A stretch of 42,555 bases of DNA from Frankiaceae bacterium (GCA_040002735.1 JBDUDX010000218.1:1-42555); one strand, 5' to 3'; shown: positions 8,054 through 17,163, numbered from the stretch's first letter. Translations and numbers: made by a program. Notes: a model not told the origin generated them from the sequence alone.

Positions 8054-8473
8054 TCAGAAACCCAACGCCTGGGCGCGGCGGCGGACCTCGGTGCCGCGAT
8101 TGTCGCGCAGCGCTTGCACCGGCGTACCGGGCAGCGAGTCGTCCGGGGTGAACAGCCAGCGCACCGCCTCCGCGTCGGAGAAAGACTGGTCCCGGAGCAG
8201 GCTCAGCGTCCCGGTCAGCTTGCGGATCAGCGCGCCGTCCTGCAAGAAGGCCGCCGGAATCCGCAGCACCGGCGGCTCCCCGACCCGCAGCGCGATCACC
8301 TGTCCGCTGCGGATCAAACCGCGCACCTGGGACACGCCGACGCCGAGGTACTCGGCCACATCCGGGACGGGAAGCCACTCCCCCACCAGCGCCTCGAGGG
8401 CCCCGGTATCAATATCGGTCTGCACCCGACCAGTAAACCCGTACTTCCGGGCAACCCGTACGGTCTGGTACAT
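8054..8473 (-). CDS. Rv2175c-like helix-turn-helix DNA-binding protein. In Mycobacterium tuberculosis the homologue is a PknL substrate.
   Basis: C-terminal ...AEAVRWLFTPDDSLPGTPVQALRDNRGTEVRRRAQALGF resembles the WLFTPDPSL...EVVRRAQAMAY tail of Rv2175c. The central LPVPDVAEYLGVGVSQVRGLIRSGQVIALRVG is HTH-like. The start is uncertain: ATG 8473 overlaps the divergent GNAT start. GTG 8425 is the alternative. Confidence 0.55.
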   Translation of the reverse strand: MYQTVRVARKYGFTGRVQTDIDTGALEALVGEWLPVPDVAEYLGVGVSQVRGLIRSGQVIALRVGEPPVLRIPAAFLQDGALIRKLTGTLSLLRDQSFSDAEAVRWLFTPDDSLPGTPVQALRDNRGTEVRRRAQALGF

Positions 8474-8996
8474 GTACGAGGGAGACCAGATCCGATTGCG
8501 GACCGCTGAGCCCGGCGATGCGGCGTTCTTCCATCGCGGCATCAACGACCCGGACGTGAAGCGCGGCCTCCTCGCCCGGTACCCGATGTCGATGGAGGAC
8601 GAGGTCCAGTGGATCAACAGAATCCGCACGATCACGTTCGACAACGCGCACTTCGTGGTGGAGATCAAGACCGACTCGCGCATTCTCGGCAGTGTGGCGC
8701 TACGCGGCGCCACCCCGGAGGACCGCACCGCCGACCTGGGAATCGCCATCTTCGACAAGACCCGCTGGGGCAAGGGGTACGGGACCGACGCGGTTCGTAC
8801 GGCCTGCCGATTCGGCTTCGCCGAGATGGGCCTGGCCCGGATCGAGCTGTGGGTCTTCGCCGACAACGACCGGGCCCGGCGGGCGTATGAAAAGGTCGGC
8901 TTCATCCACGAGGGCACTGCCCGCAGTCGAGTCTTCCGGCACGGGCAGCGGATCGATGAGCACGTGATGGGGCTGCTTCCTGGCGAACTGCGCTAG
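8472..8996 (+). CDS. GNAT-family N-acetyltransferase (RimJ/RimL-like).
   Basis: MYEGDQIRLRTAEPGDAAFFHRGINDPDV...HFVVEIKTDSRILGSVALRG...WGKGYGTDAVRTACRFGFAEMGLARIELWVFADNDRARRAYEKVGF. This is an acetyl-CoA-binding GNAT fold pattern. Confidence 0.8.
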   Translation: MYEGDQIRLRTAEPGDAAFFHRGINDPDVKRGLLARYPMSMEDEVQWINRIRTITFDNAHFVVEIKTDSRILGSVALRGATPEDRTADLGIAIFDKTRWGKGYGTDAVRTACRFGFAEMGLARIELWVFADNDRARRAYEKVGFIHEGTARSRVFRHGQRIDEHVMGLLPGELR

Positions 8997-9044
8997 CGAG
9001 GGCCGCGCCACGGACGCTGCGCTAGCCGAGCTGCGCTAGCCGAA
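8988..9044. repeat. Three copies of CTGCGCTAGC(C)GA(G/A) in the spacer between convergent genes. The last two form a 14-bp tandem duplication.
   Basis: Copies at 8988-9000, 9017-9030 and 9031-9044. The first contains the GNAT stop TAG. The third contains the MocA-oxidoreductase stop (CTA on the plus strand). GCTAGC is palindromic and carries a stop on both strands. Confidence 0.6.
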
Positions 9045-10031
9045 AGCCACCGCGATCGGCGCACCGCCCGCCCGGCCGGAGGCAAACGCCGCGTCGAGCA
9101 CCGCCGCGGTGGCCCGAGACTCGGCCAACGGCAGCCCGACACCCGGCTCGCCACGGATCAACCGGGAGACGTCGGTGACCATCAGCTGGTACGCATCTGC
9201 CGCAGGCACCGGGATCCGCTCCGTCCGGCCACCGGTGGAGAGCCACAGTTCGCTGGCCTGCTCCCGCCAGGCGGTAAACGGGGCCTCTCGCAACTCCAGC
9301 TCGCCCCGCTCGCCGGCGATCACCAGCGACTGGGCAGCCGGCCCGGACATGCCGGCGAGCACCTCGGCCTCGCCGCCGCCGAAGTCGATCACCAACTCGG
9401 CCCGCAGGTCGACCCCGGTCGAGCCGAGCTCCAGGCGGGCGGCCACGTCGACCGGCGGCCGATCCCGGAACGCCCAGAGCGCCGCCGACACGGCGTAACA
9501 GCCGACGTCGTACAGCGCGCCGCCGCCCAGGGCCGGGTTCATCCGGTAGTTGCCGTCCGCAACCCCGTCGAAGGCGAACGCTGCCGCGACGTGCCGAACG
9601 GTTCCGATCGCGCCGTCGGCGAGCAGCCGCTGCGCGAGCCGTACGCGGGGGTGCCAGCGGTACCAGGACGCCTCGACCAGCCGCCGCCCCGACTCGGTGG
9701 CGACCGCCGTCACGGCGTCCACTTCGGCGGCCGAGAGCGCCAGCGGCTTCTCGCAGAGCACGTGCTTCCCCGCCCGCAGCGCCGCCTCCGACCACGGCCG
9801 GTGCGCGTCGTTGGCTAACGAGATGTAGACAGCCTCGACGTTGCGATCGGCCAGCAACTCCCGGTAGGCGCCATAGGACGGTCCGGAAGGGCCAAGTGCT
9901 GCAGCCCGGGCCGGATCCCGGGCCGCAGCCGCGTAGAGCACGGCACCGTCGGCGGCGTGCACCGCCGGGGCCAAAGCGGTGACGGCGATGGAGCCGGCTC
10001 CCAGGAAGCCCCAGCGCACCGGGTCGATCAT
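9036..10031 (-). CDS. Gfo/Idh/MocA-family NAD(P)-dependent oxidoreductase.
   Basis: 331 aa: MIDPVRWGFLGAGSIA...AVYISLANDAHRPWSEAALRAGKHVLCEKPLALS is the Rossmann plus EKP motif of this family. The start overlaps the stop of the upstream gene (4 nt). Confidence 0.85.
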   Translation of the reverse strand: MIDPVRWGFLGAGSIAVTALAPAVHAADGAVLYAAAARDPARAAALGPSGPSYGAYRELLADRNVEAVYISLANDAHRPWSEAALRAGKHVLCEKPLALSAAEVDAVTAVATESGRRLVEASWYRWHPRVRLAQRLLADGAIGTVRHVAAAFAFDGVADGNYRMNPALGGGALYDVGCYAVSAALWAFRDRPPVDVAARLELGSTGVDLRAELVIDFGGGEAEVLAGMSGPAAQSLVIAGERGELELREAPFTAWREQASELWLSTGGRTERIPVPAADAYQLMVTDVSRLIRGEPGVGLPLAESRATAAVLDAAFASGRAGGAPIAVAFG

Positions 10032-11674
10032 GGGATCTCCGGCGCCGGAATGACCGGCCGGCCACCGAGGCAGATCGATTCCGTGGCGGCGGCCAGGACG
10101 GAGACGGTACGCCGCGCCTGGTGAGGCGTCACCGACATCGGGACACCCGTGAGCAGCAGGTCGGCGAGTTCCCGGTGGAACGGGGCGTCCGGCGCCTGCG
10201 GCTGGGCCAGCGCGGTGACCGAACCGTCGGTCGCGTGCAGGGTGAGATCAGCCGGCGACTCACCCGGTGCCAACCGATCCTCCACCAGGTTGCCCACCGG
10301 ATCGCGGGCGAGCACAGCGGACCGCCGCCAACTCCCGACCAGCGTACCGCGGGTTCCCAGTACGTACCACTTCGGCTTCAAGGCTGCGGCCAAGTCGGAG
10401 TTCAGGAAGTCGGCCTCGACCCCGTCGGCGAAGTGCAGTGACACCCGGGTGGAGTCGGCGTTGGTCACGTCATGCCAGATCCGCTTGTGGTCGTGCGCGG
10501 TCACATAGTCGATCTGCTGGGGAAGCAGGTCGAGGATCCAGTCCAGGTAGTGTGCGCCCCAGTCGTACAGCGCCCCGCCGGAGATTCCCGCGTCGGAATG
10601 CCAGTAGTTGCACGGGTGGCCGTAGCCGCCGACGAACGATTCGTAGTGGAATACCTCGCCGATGGCGCCGGCCCGCACTGCTGCCCGCAACGCCAGATAG
10701 TCCCGATCCCACCGCCGGTTCTGGTACACCGCCAGCGCCCGACCGCGCTCAGCAGCGAGTGCAATCATCCCGTCGGCCTCAGCCACCGTGGTACAGAACG
10801 GCTTCTCCACCACCACCGACTTGTCGCGCTCCAGCGCCCGCAGCGACCAGTCGGCGTGGGTGTTCGGCGGCGTCGAGACGATCACCACGTCCACCGACTC
10901 GGCGTCGAGCAGCGTTTCGGGGGTGGGGTACGCGGTGATGTCGGGGGCAACCTGGCGGGCAGCCGCCACCCGAGCCGGGTTGAGGTCGCAGACCCCCGCC
11001 AGTTCCAGCCCGACGACCCGGGCGATAGCGCCGGCGTGTTCCACCCCCACCGCGCCGTACCCGAGCATCCCGATCCGGACCGGGCCGGCGTCCCGCAGCC
11101 CGGCGGCCGCCCGCAGCCAGCGGTGCACCAACCGGTGGTACCGGGGGTCGGCCACCGTCGCCGGGCTCGACCCGACAGTGAACGCGCCGTGCGCGCCGCG
11201 GGCGGTGCGGCGCACGGTGAGTACCGGGTGTTCCACCAGTCCGGCGTACGCGGTGAGCAGCACCTCCACGTCGTCAGCCGCCTTGTCCAACTGCAGCCAG
11301 CAGTCGGTGAGCATCAGCGGCACATCCATCCGGGCGGCCAACTCCGTGCCCCCCGGCCCGGGCCGCAGTCGGATCTCGTGCGTCGGCGTCAGCCGGCCCG
11401 GCAGCAGGCCGAGCAGGTCGCCGACCCCGCTGTCCCGCCACGCGTGCAGAGTCGGTCCGGCGAGCAGGAGCGACGCTTCGCCGGACAGGCGTTCGAGCTC
11501 ACCCTCCGTCGGTGGCCGGTCGGCGAAGACCAGGACGACGTCGGCCGGCTCCGGGTGATTCCGGACCGGCACGCCGCAGCTGTCGAGGTGGGCGGCGAGC
11601 CCGGCGACCGCAGCCGCAAGGGAGGCGTCCGCGACGTCGACGAGCAGCGCGACGGACCGGGACGTTAAGGACAT
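10028..11674 (-). CDS. Two-domain protein: an N-terminal ~200-aa domain (possibly ThuA/GATase1-like) fused to a Gfo/Idh/MocA oxidoreductase.
   Basis: 548 aa. The C-terminal half has VRIGMLGYGAVGVEHAG...VVIVSTPPNTHADWSLRALERDKSVVVEKPF (MocA family). The N-terminal 200 aa has no MocA similarity. The ThuA-like call rests only on composition and is tentative. A 10-nt gap separates it from the FAD oxidoreductase gene upstream. Confidence 0.8.
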   Translation of the reverse strand: MSLTSRSVALLVDVADASLAAAVAGLAAHLDSCGVPVRNHPEPADVVLVFADRPPTEGELERLSGEASLLLAGPTLHAWRDSGVGDLLGLLPGRLTPTHEIRLRPGPGGTELAARMDVPLMLTDCWLQLDKAADDVEVLLTAYAGLVEHPVLTVRRTARGAHGAFTVGSSPATVADPRYHRLVHRWLRAAAGLRDAGPVRIGMLGYGAVGVEHAGAIARVVGLELAGVCDLNPARVAAARQVAPDITAYPTPETLLDAESVDVVIVSTPPNTHADWSLRALERDKSVVVEKPFCTTVAEADGMIALAAERGRALAVYQNRRWDRDYLALRAAVRAGAIGEVFHYESFVGGYGHPCNYWHSDAGISGGALYDWGAHYLDWILDLLPQQIDYVTAHDHKRIWHDVTNADSTRVSLHFADGVEADFLNSDLAAALKPKWYVLGTRGTLVGSWRRSAVLARDPVGNLVEDRLAPGESPADLTLHATDGSVTALAQPQAPDAPFHRELADLLLTGVPMSVTPHQARRTVSVLAAATESICLGGRPVIPAPEIP

Positions 11675-11684
11675 GGGCCGGAGC

Positions 11685-12824
11685 CTAGAACGACTCGGCG
11701 ACAGTTTTCATCGGCACCGCAGGATCAGTAAGTCGGGTGAGATCCGGTTTCGCCCGGGCAGCGATCAGCCGCCGAGCCGCGAGCAGATCCCGCGGCCGGT
11801 CGCAGGTGACCACCGCCTCCAGCACCCCGGCCCGCAGCCAGCAGCCGGTCCAGGCGCGGTCGGTCGGGGAGCCACGCCACAGGAAGGTGTCAGCCGCCCC
11901 GTGCCAGCCGGCGTACTGGATGGTGTGGCCGAACTGCTCGGACCAGAAATACGGCACCGGGTCGAAAGTGACGTCCGGGATCCCCAACATCGCGTCCACC
12001 ACCAGATCGGGCGAGTGCAGTGCGTTGTCCCAGTGCGCCACGTTCAGCCGGGTGCCGAAGCGGGCCGACGGCCAGGACGCGACGTCACCGAGGGCGAAGA
12101 TGCCGGCAGCAGCCTGAAGCCGCCGGTCGGTGGGAACCGCGCCGGGATAGCCCGCCCACGCCGCGTCGGGGCGGACGCCGATGCCGGCGATCACCACGTC
12201 GGCCGCCAGATCACTGCCGTCGGCGAGCAGCACCCGGGAACCGGCCACCGCAGCCACCGGTGTACCCAGGCGCAGGTCGATGCCGGGGTACCAGGGGACG
12301 GTGGCCGCGCCCACCTCGGTGCCGAGCGCCGAGGCCAGGGGCGTGACCGCCGCCTCCAGCACCGTGACCACGCAGCCGAGCCGCCGGGCGGCCGATGCCA
12401 CTTCGGCGCCGATCCAGCCGGCGCCGACGAGGACCACGCGGACACCGGGGGCTAACCGGGCACGAAGCCGACGAGCGTCGTCCACGGTCCGCAGCGTCAA
12501 CGCATCCCCGACCGGCACCGGCGCGGCCCCGGTAGCGATCACCAACCCGTCGAAGTCCAGGCGCCCGCGGTCAGTGATCAGCACCCCCGGCTCGCATCCC
12601 GTCGCCCGCTCGCCGAGCCGCAATTCGACCCCGTCGTACTCCCCGGCCAGGGTGGTGTCCTCCGCTGTCCCCAACAGGACCGCCTTGGACAGCGGCGGCC
12701 GGTCGTACGGCAGGTGCGGTTCGGCACCGAGCAGGGTGAGCCGGTCCCGGTACCCGCGCTCCCGCAGCGATCGCACGACGCCGGCCCCGGCCAGCCCGGC
12801 GCCCACCACCACGATCCGCTCCAC
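11685..12824 (-). CDS. FAD-dependent pyridine-nucleotide-disulfide oxidoreductase (ferredoxin/rubredoxin reductase-like).
   Basis: VERIVVVGAGLAGAGVVRSLRERGY...LPYDRPPLSK...VVLVGAGWIGAEVASAARRLG. This is a two-dinucleotide-binding-fold pattern. Start chosen at GTG 12824. The longer ORF-track start at 12962 would run into the TPP riboswitch on the other strand. Confidence 0.8.
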   Translation of the reverse strand: MERIVVVGAGLAGAGVVRSLRERGYRDRLTLLGAEPHLPYDRPPLSKAVLLGTAEDTTLAGEYDGVELRLGERATGCEPGVLITDRGRLDFDGLVIATGAAPVPVGDALTLRTVDDARRLRARLAPGVRVVLVGAGWIGAEVASAARRLGCVVTVLEAAVTPLASALGTEVGAATVPWYPGIDLRLGTPVAAVAGSRVLLADGSDLAADVVIAGIGVRPDAAWAGYPGAVPTDRRLQAAAGIFALGDVASWPSARFGTRLNVAHWDNALHSPDLVVDAMLGIPDVTFDPVPYFWSEQFGHTIQYAGWHGAADTFLWRGSPTDRAWTGCWLRAGVLEAVVTCDRPRDLLAARRLIAARAKPDLTRLTDPAVPMKTVAESF

Positions 12825-12954
12825 GGCCTGCCAGGGTAAGCCGACTCGGCAGCCTCGAAGGAGCAGGCAGCAGTCGAGCGTACGACCGGCTCCCACCGGC
12901 CCTCCGCTCCACTCCCGGCCGGTCCCCACACCGGGCAGGCGGGCTAAGCTGACC

Positions 12955-13055
12955 GACAGCACGGGAGTCCGGTACGACCGGACTGAGAGGGCGGGCTGAC
13001 AGCCCCCGACCGTCGAACCTGATCCGGATCATGCCGGCGAAGGGAGCAGTGCCGG
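12955..13055 (+). promoter_or_regulatory. TPP (thiamine pyrophosphate) riboswitch, THI element, controlling thiO-thiS-thiG.
   Basis: Contains GGACUGAGAG...CGAACCUGAUCCGGAUCAUGCCGGCGAAGGGAGC. These are the conserved CUGAGA and AACCUGAUC-GG-UAAU-CC-GCG-AGGGA cores of the TPP aptamer. The Shine-Dalgarno GAAGGGAG (13039-13046) sits in the 3' arm, 8 nt before GTG 13055. Confidence 0.8.
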
Positions 13056-14181
13056 TGACCAACGGTAGCCGAGATGTCGTCGTGGTCGGCGGCGGGCCGA
13101 TCGGGCTGGCGGTCGCCTGGCGAGCCGCCCAGCGTGGCCTGTCCGCCACCGTGGTCGACCCCTCGCCCGGGGGCGGCGCGTCCTGGATCGCCGCCGGCAT
13201 GCTGGCGGCCATCACCGAGGCGCACTACGGCGAAGAGCGACTCCTGGCACTCAACCTGGACAGTGCCCGGCGCTACCCCGCCTTCGTCGCGGAACTCGAA
13301 GGGGCCAGCGGAGTCGACGTCGGGTACGCCACCGCCGGCACTCTCGTCGTCGCCGCCGACGCCGGCGACCGCGCGGTTGTCGCCGACCTGCACGCCTATC
13401 AGCGCCGCCTGGGCCTCGCCTCGGAGCTGTTGACCGGCCGGGAGGTGCGGGCGCTGGAACCGATGCTGGCCCCCACCGTCCGTGGCGGCCTGCTGGTGGC
13501 GAGCGATCACAGCGTCAACCCGCGCCGGCTCACCGAAGCGTTGCGCGTGGCGGCGGAGCGCCTGGACGTCACCATCGTGGCGGAGCGGGCCACCGAAGCC
13601 GGCGCGAAGACGGTACGCCTCGCCGACGGCTCCACGCTGGCTGCTGGCGAGGTCGTGGTCGCGGCCGGCGCCTGGAGCCCGGCGTTGACCGGACTCCCCG
13701 GCCGGCCGGTGAAAGGGCACGTGGTCCGGCTCCGCGGCCAAGGGTTCCTGCGGCACACGATCCGCGGCGTGGTCGCCGGCTCGCAGGTGTACGTCGTCCC
13801 CCGCGCCGACGGCGAGGTCGTGATCGGCGCCACCATGGAGGAACTCGGCTTCGACACCACCGTACGAGCCGGCGGGGTGTACGAACTGCTCCGCGACGCC
13901 CGCGCGATCCTGCCCGGCATCACCGAACTGGAGTTCGTGGAGGCCGGCGCCGGTTTGCGGCCCGGGTCGCCGGACAACGCACCGATCATCGGACGACTCG
14001 CGGACGGCCGGATCGTCGCCACCGGCCACTACCGCAACGGCATCCTGCTCACCCCGGTCACCGCCGACGCAATCGCCGACCTGCTCGGCAACGGCTCGCT
14101 GCCGGCCGGCATGGAACCGTTCACCCCGGATCGGCTGGCGGTGCCCCGGCCGCCGAGCAGAGCTCCGGTCGGGAGCGGGGT

Positions 14182-14185
<4 letters not shown>
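13055..14185 (+). CDS. thiO: Glycine oxidase ThiO (FAD-dependent).
   Basis: VTNGSRDVVVVGGGPIGLAVAW... (DAO-family FAD fold), collinear with ThiO. Start set at GTG 13055 (good SD spacing) rather than ATG 13031, which lies inside the riboswitch. The stop overlaps the thiS start (ATGA). Confidence 0.85.
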
Positions 14186-15166
<981 letters not shown>

Positions 15167-15214
15167 CGGCGGGCACCGCTAGGGTTTGGAATCCGACGTA
15201 CGACGGGAGCCACC

Positions 15215-16075
15215 ATGCAGCCTTTTGATTCTCTGGACCGCCTCGAGAAGTTGACCGTTCTGGACCCGGCGGCGAAGAAGATCGCCGCGGTGATCCGAGA
15301 GAAGATCCAGCCACAGTCGCTCCGCGACCTCTTGCACGGCGTCTGGCTCGGCCACCCGCTGCACCCGGTACTCACCGACATTCCGATCGGCGCGTGGACG
15401 TCGTCCGCGATGCTCGACCTGTTCCCCAAGACCGGCGCCGCTTCCAGCGCGCTGATTACCGTCGGGCTGGTCAGCGCCGGCCCGACCGCGATCTCCGGTT
15501 GGACCGACTGGTCGGAGCTGAACGCACCCGAGCAGCGCACCGGCCTGGTACACGCGGCCACGAATTACCTGGGCATGGGTTTGTACGCGGCCAGCCTCTA
15601 CGCCCGGGTACGCCGGCGGTACATCCGCGGCAAGGCGTGGGGCTTCGCCGGACTCGCGACCGTGCTGGTCGGCGGCAGTATCGGCGGCCATCTGTCCTAC
15701 CGCCGGGCGGCCGGGGCCAACCACACCGCGGACGTCGGGGACACCTCGGGCCGTGGCTGGACCGGCCTGGGCTCGCTGGATGAGTTGCCGGAGGGGCAGC
15801 CTGCTGCCCGCCAACTCGGTCATGTACCGGTGATGCTGCTGCGCCAGGAGGGCAACGTCCGGGGATTGGTGGACCGGTGCTCCCACCTCTCCGGACCGCT
15901 GCACGAAGGCGAGCTCACCGGCGCCGGCGCGGATCTCTGCATCGTCTGCCCGTGGCACGGCAGCCAGTTCCGGATCAGCGACGGCGGTGTGGTGCATGGC
16001 CCGGCGACGGCCGATCAGCCCCGCCTGGAGATCCGAATCACCGATGGTCAGGTGGAGGCCCGCATCGCGCGCTAG
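15215..16075 (+). CDS. Membrane protein with an N-terminal DUF2231-like hydrophobic domain and a C-terminal Rieske [2Fe-2S] domain.
   Basis: 286 aa. Rieske boxes CSHLSGPLHEG (CxH) and CIVCPWHGSQF (CxxH). The N-terminal ~160 aa has three hydrophobic segments. SD GGGAGCC lies before the ATG. Confidence 0.75.
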   Translation: MQPFDSLDRLEKLTVLDPAAKKIAAVIREKIQPQSLRDLLHGVWLGHPLHPVLTDIPIGAWTSSAMLDLFPKTGAASSALITVGLVSAGPTAISGWTDWSELNAPEQRTGLVHAATNYLGMGLYAASLYARVRRRYIRGKAWGFAGLATVLVGGSIGGHLSYRRAAGANHTADVGDTSGRGWTGLGSLDELPEGQPAARQLGHVPVMLLRQEGNVRGLVDRCSHLSGPLHEGELTGAGADLCIVCPWHGSQFRISDGGVVHGPATADQPRLEIRITDGQVEARIAR

Positions 16076-16169
16076 AAATGGCTAGATCGTAACTACACCC
16101 TTGTTATTCGGCCAGCCCGTGCCTAGGCTTACCAGGCTTGCGTCACGTGCCGGATACGAGGAGTCGCCG

Positions 16170-17096
16170 ATGCTGGGTCACCGCACTCTGCGCGGGCTGG
16201 CTGCGCCGCTGCTGATCGGGGCTGTGGTGACGGCCAGCGTCCCCGGCGTGATCTCCATTCGGGTGCACCGGGGCGACACCCTCTCGGCGATTGCTCGCCA
16301 GCACCACACCACCGTCTCCATGCTTGTCGCGCTCAACCACCTCCCCGGACACGGCGACCTGATCTACGCCGGCCAGCTGCTCACGGTGCCGGGCGGGACC
16401 GCCGGGCGGCGGGGGACGGCCCGCGGCGCGTCGACCGCCACCTACACCGTCCGGGCCGGTGACACGCTCAGCGCCGTCGCCGCCACCCGGCACACCTCGC
16501 TGGCGTGGTTGCGGCAACACAACCGGCTGGACCGACGGTCCGTGATCTACATCGGGCAGCGCCTCGCCGTACCCGCGCCCGCGCGGCCGGCCCGGCGGTC
16601 GTCGGCGAACACCTTCGCCGGGCTTACGTATTCACCGGAAGTAGTGGCCGGCGCGGCGCGGCACCGCGCCGCTCTGGCCGCGCGCCGAGCGCCGTCCCGC
16701 AGCTCCGTCCGGGCCTTGATCCGCAGCACAGCCCGCCGGTACGGGGTAGACCCCGCACTCGCCCTCGCGGTGGCGCATCAGGAGTCCGGATTCCAGCAGC
16801 GGGTGGTGTCCCCCGCGGACGCGATCGGCGCGATGCAAGTCCTGCCGGCGACGGCGCAGTTCGTGTCCAAGTACGTGGTACACCGACGGCTCGACCCGCT
16901 CCGCGCCGCGGACAATGTCACCGCCGGGGTGGGCCTCCTCAAGGTACTGACCAGGGCGGCGCCGGTGGACAAGGCCGTTGCGGGCTACTACCAGGGACTC
17001 GGATCGGTCCAGCGCAACGGCATGTACGCCGACACCAAGACCTACGTCGCGGGAATTCTGGCGCTCCGGAAGCACTACGCGGCCACCCGGCACTGA
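16170..17096 (+). CDS. Secreted peptidoglycan lytic transglycosylase with two LysM domains (LysM-LysM-SLT).
   Basis: Two LysM-like repeats (IRVHRGDTLSAIARQHHTTVSMLVALNHL... and YTVRAGDTLSAVAATRHTSLAWLRQHNRL...). SLT catalytic region ...LALAVAHQESGFQQRVVSPADAIGAMQVLPATA. Start at ATG 16170 after SD GAGGAG, followed by a signal-like segment. Confidence 0.8.
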   Translation: MLGHRTLRGLAAPLLIGAVVTASVPGVISIRVHRGDTLSAIARQHHTTVSMLVALNHLPGHGDLIYAGQLLTVPGGTAGRRGTARGASTATYTVRAGDTLSAVAATRHTSLAWLRQHNRLDRRSVIYIGQRLAVPAPARPARRSSANTFAGLTYSPEVVAGAARHRAALAARRAPSRSSVRALIRSTARRYGVDPALALAVAHQESGFQQRVVSPADAIGAMQVLPATAQFVSKYVVHRRLDPLRAADNVTAGVGLLKVLTRAAPVDKAVAGYYQGLGSVQRNGMYADTKTYVAGILALRKHYAATRH

Positions 17097-17163
17097 GCCG
17101 ACGGCGGTCGATCCGGTGCCGCGGGGCCCCCGAAAGGTCGGCGCGCACGTAGAATTCGCTGTC

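Noticed and set aside
13031-13054. ATG 13031 as the thiO start.
   Set aside because: It falls inside the conserved TPP aptamer 3' half. GTG 13055 has a properly spaced SD and gives the canonical N-terminal FAD fold.
16076-16169. c-di-AMP (ydaO-type) riboswitch upstream of the cell-wall hydrolase gene.
   Set aside because: The region is too short (about 95 nt). It lacks the GGGGA/ACGGGG-type conserved blocks and the pseudo-twofold symmetry.
16978-17163. ATG 16978 as the kinase start (ORF-track call).
   Set aside because: It would overlap the transglycosylase gene by 119 nt and adds a non-conserved Arg/Pro-rich extension. The kinase glycine loop follows shortly after GTG 17164, as in PknL orthologues.
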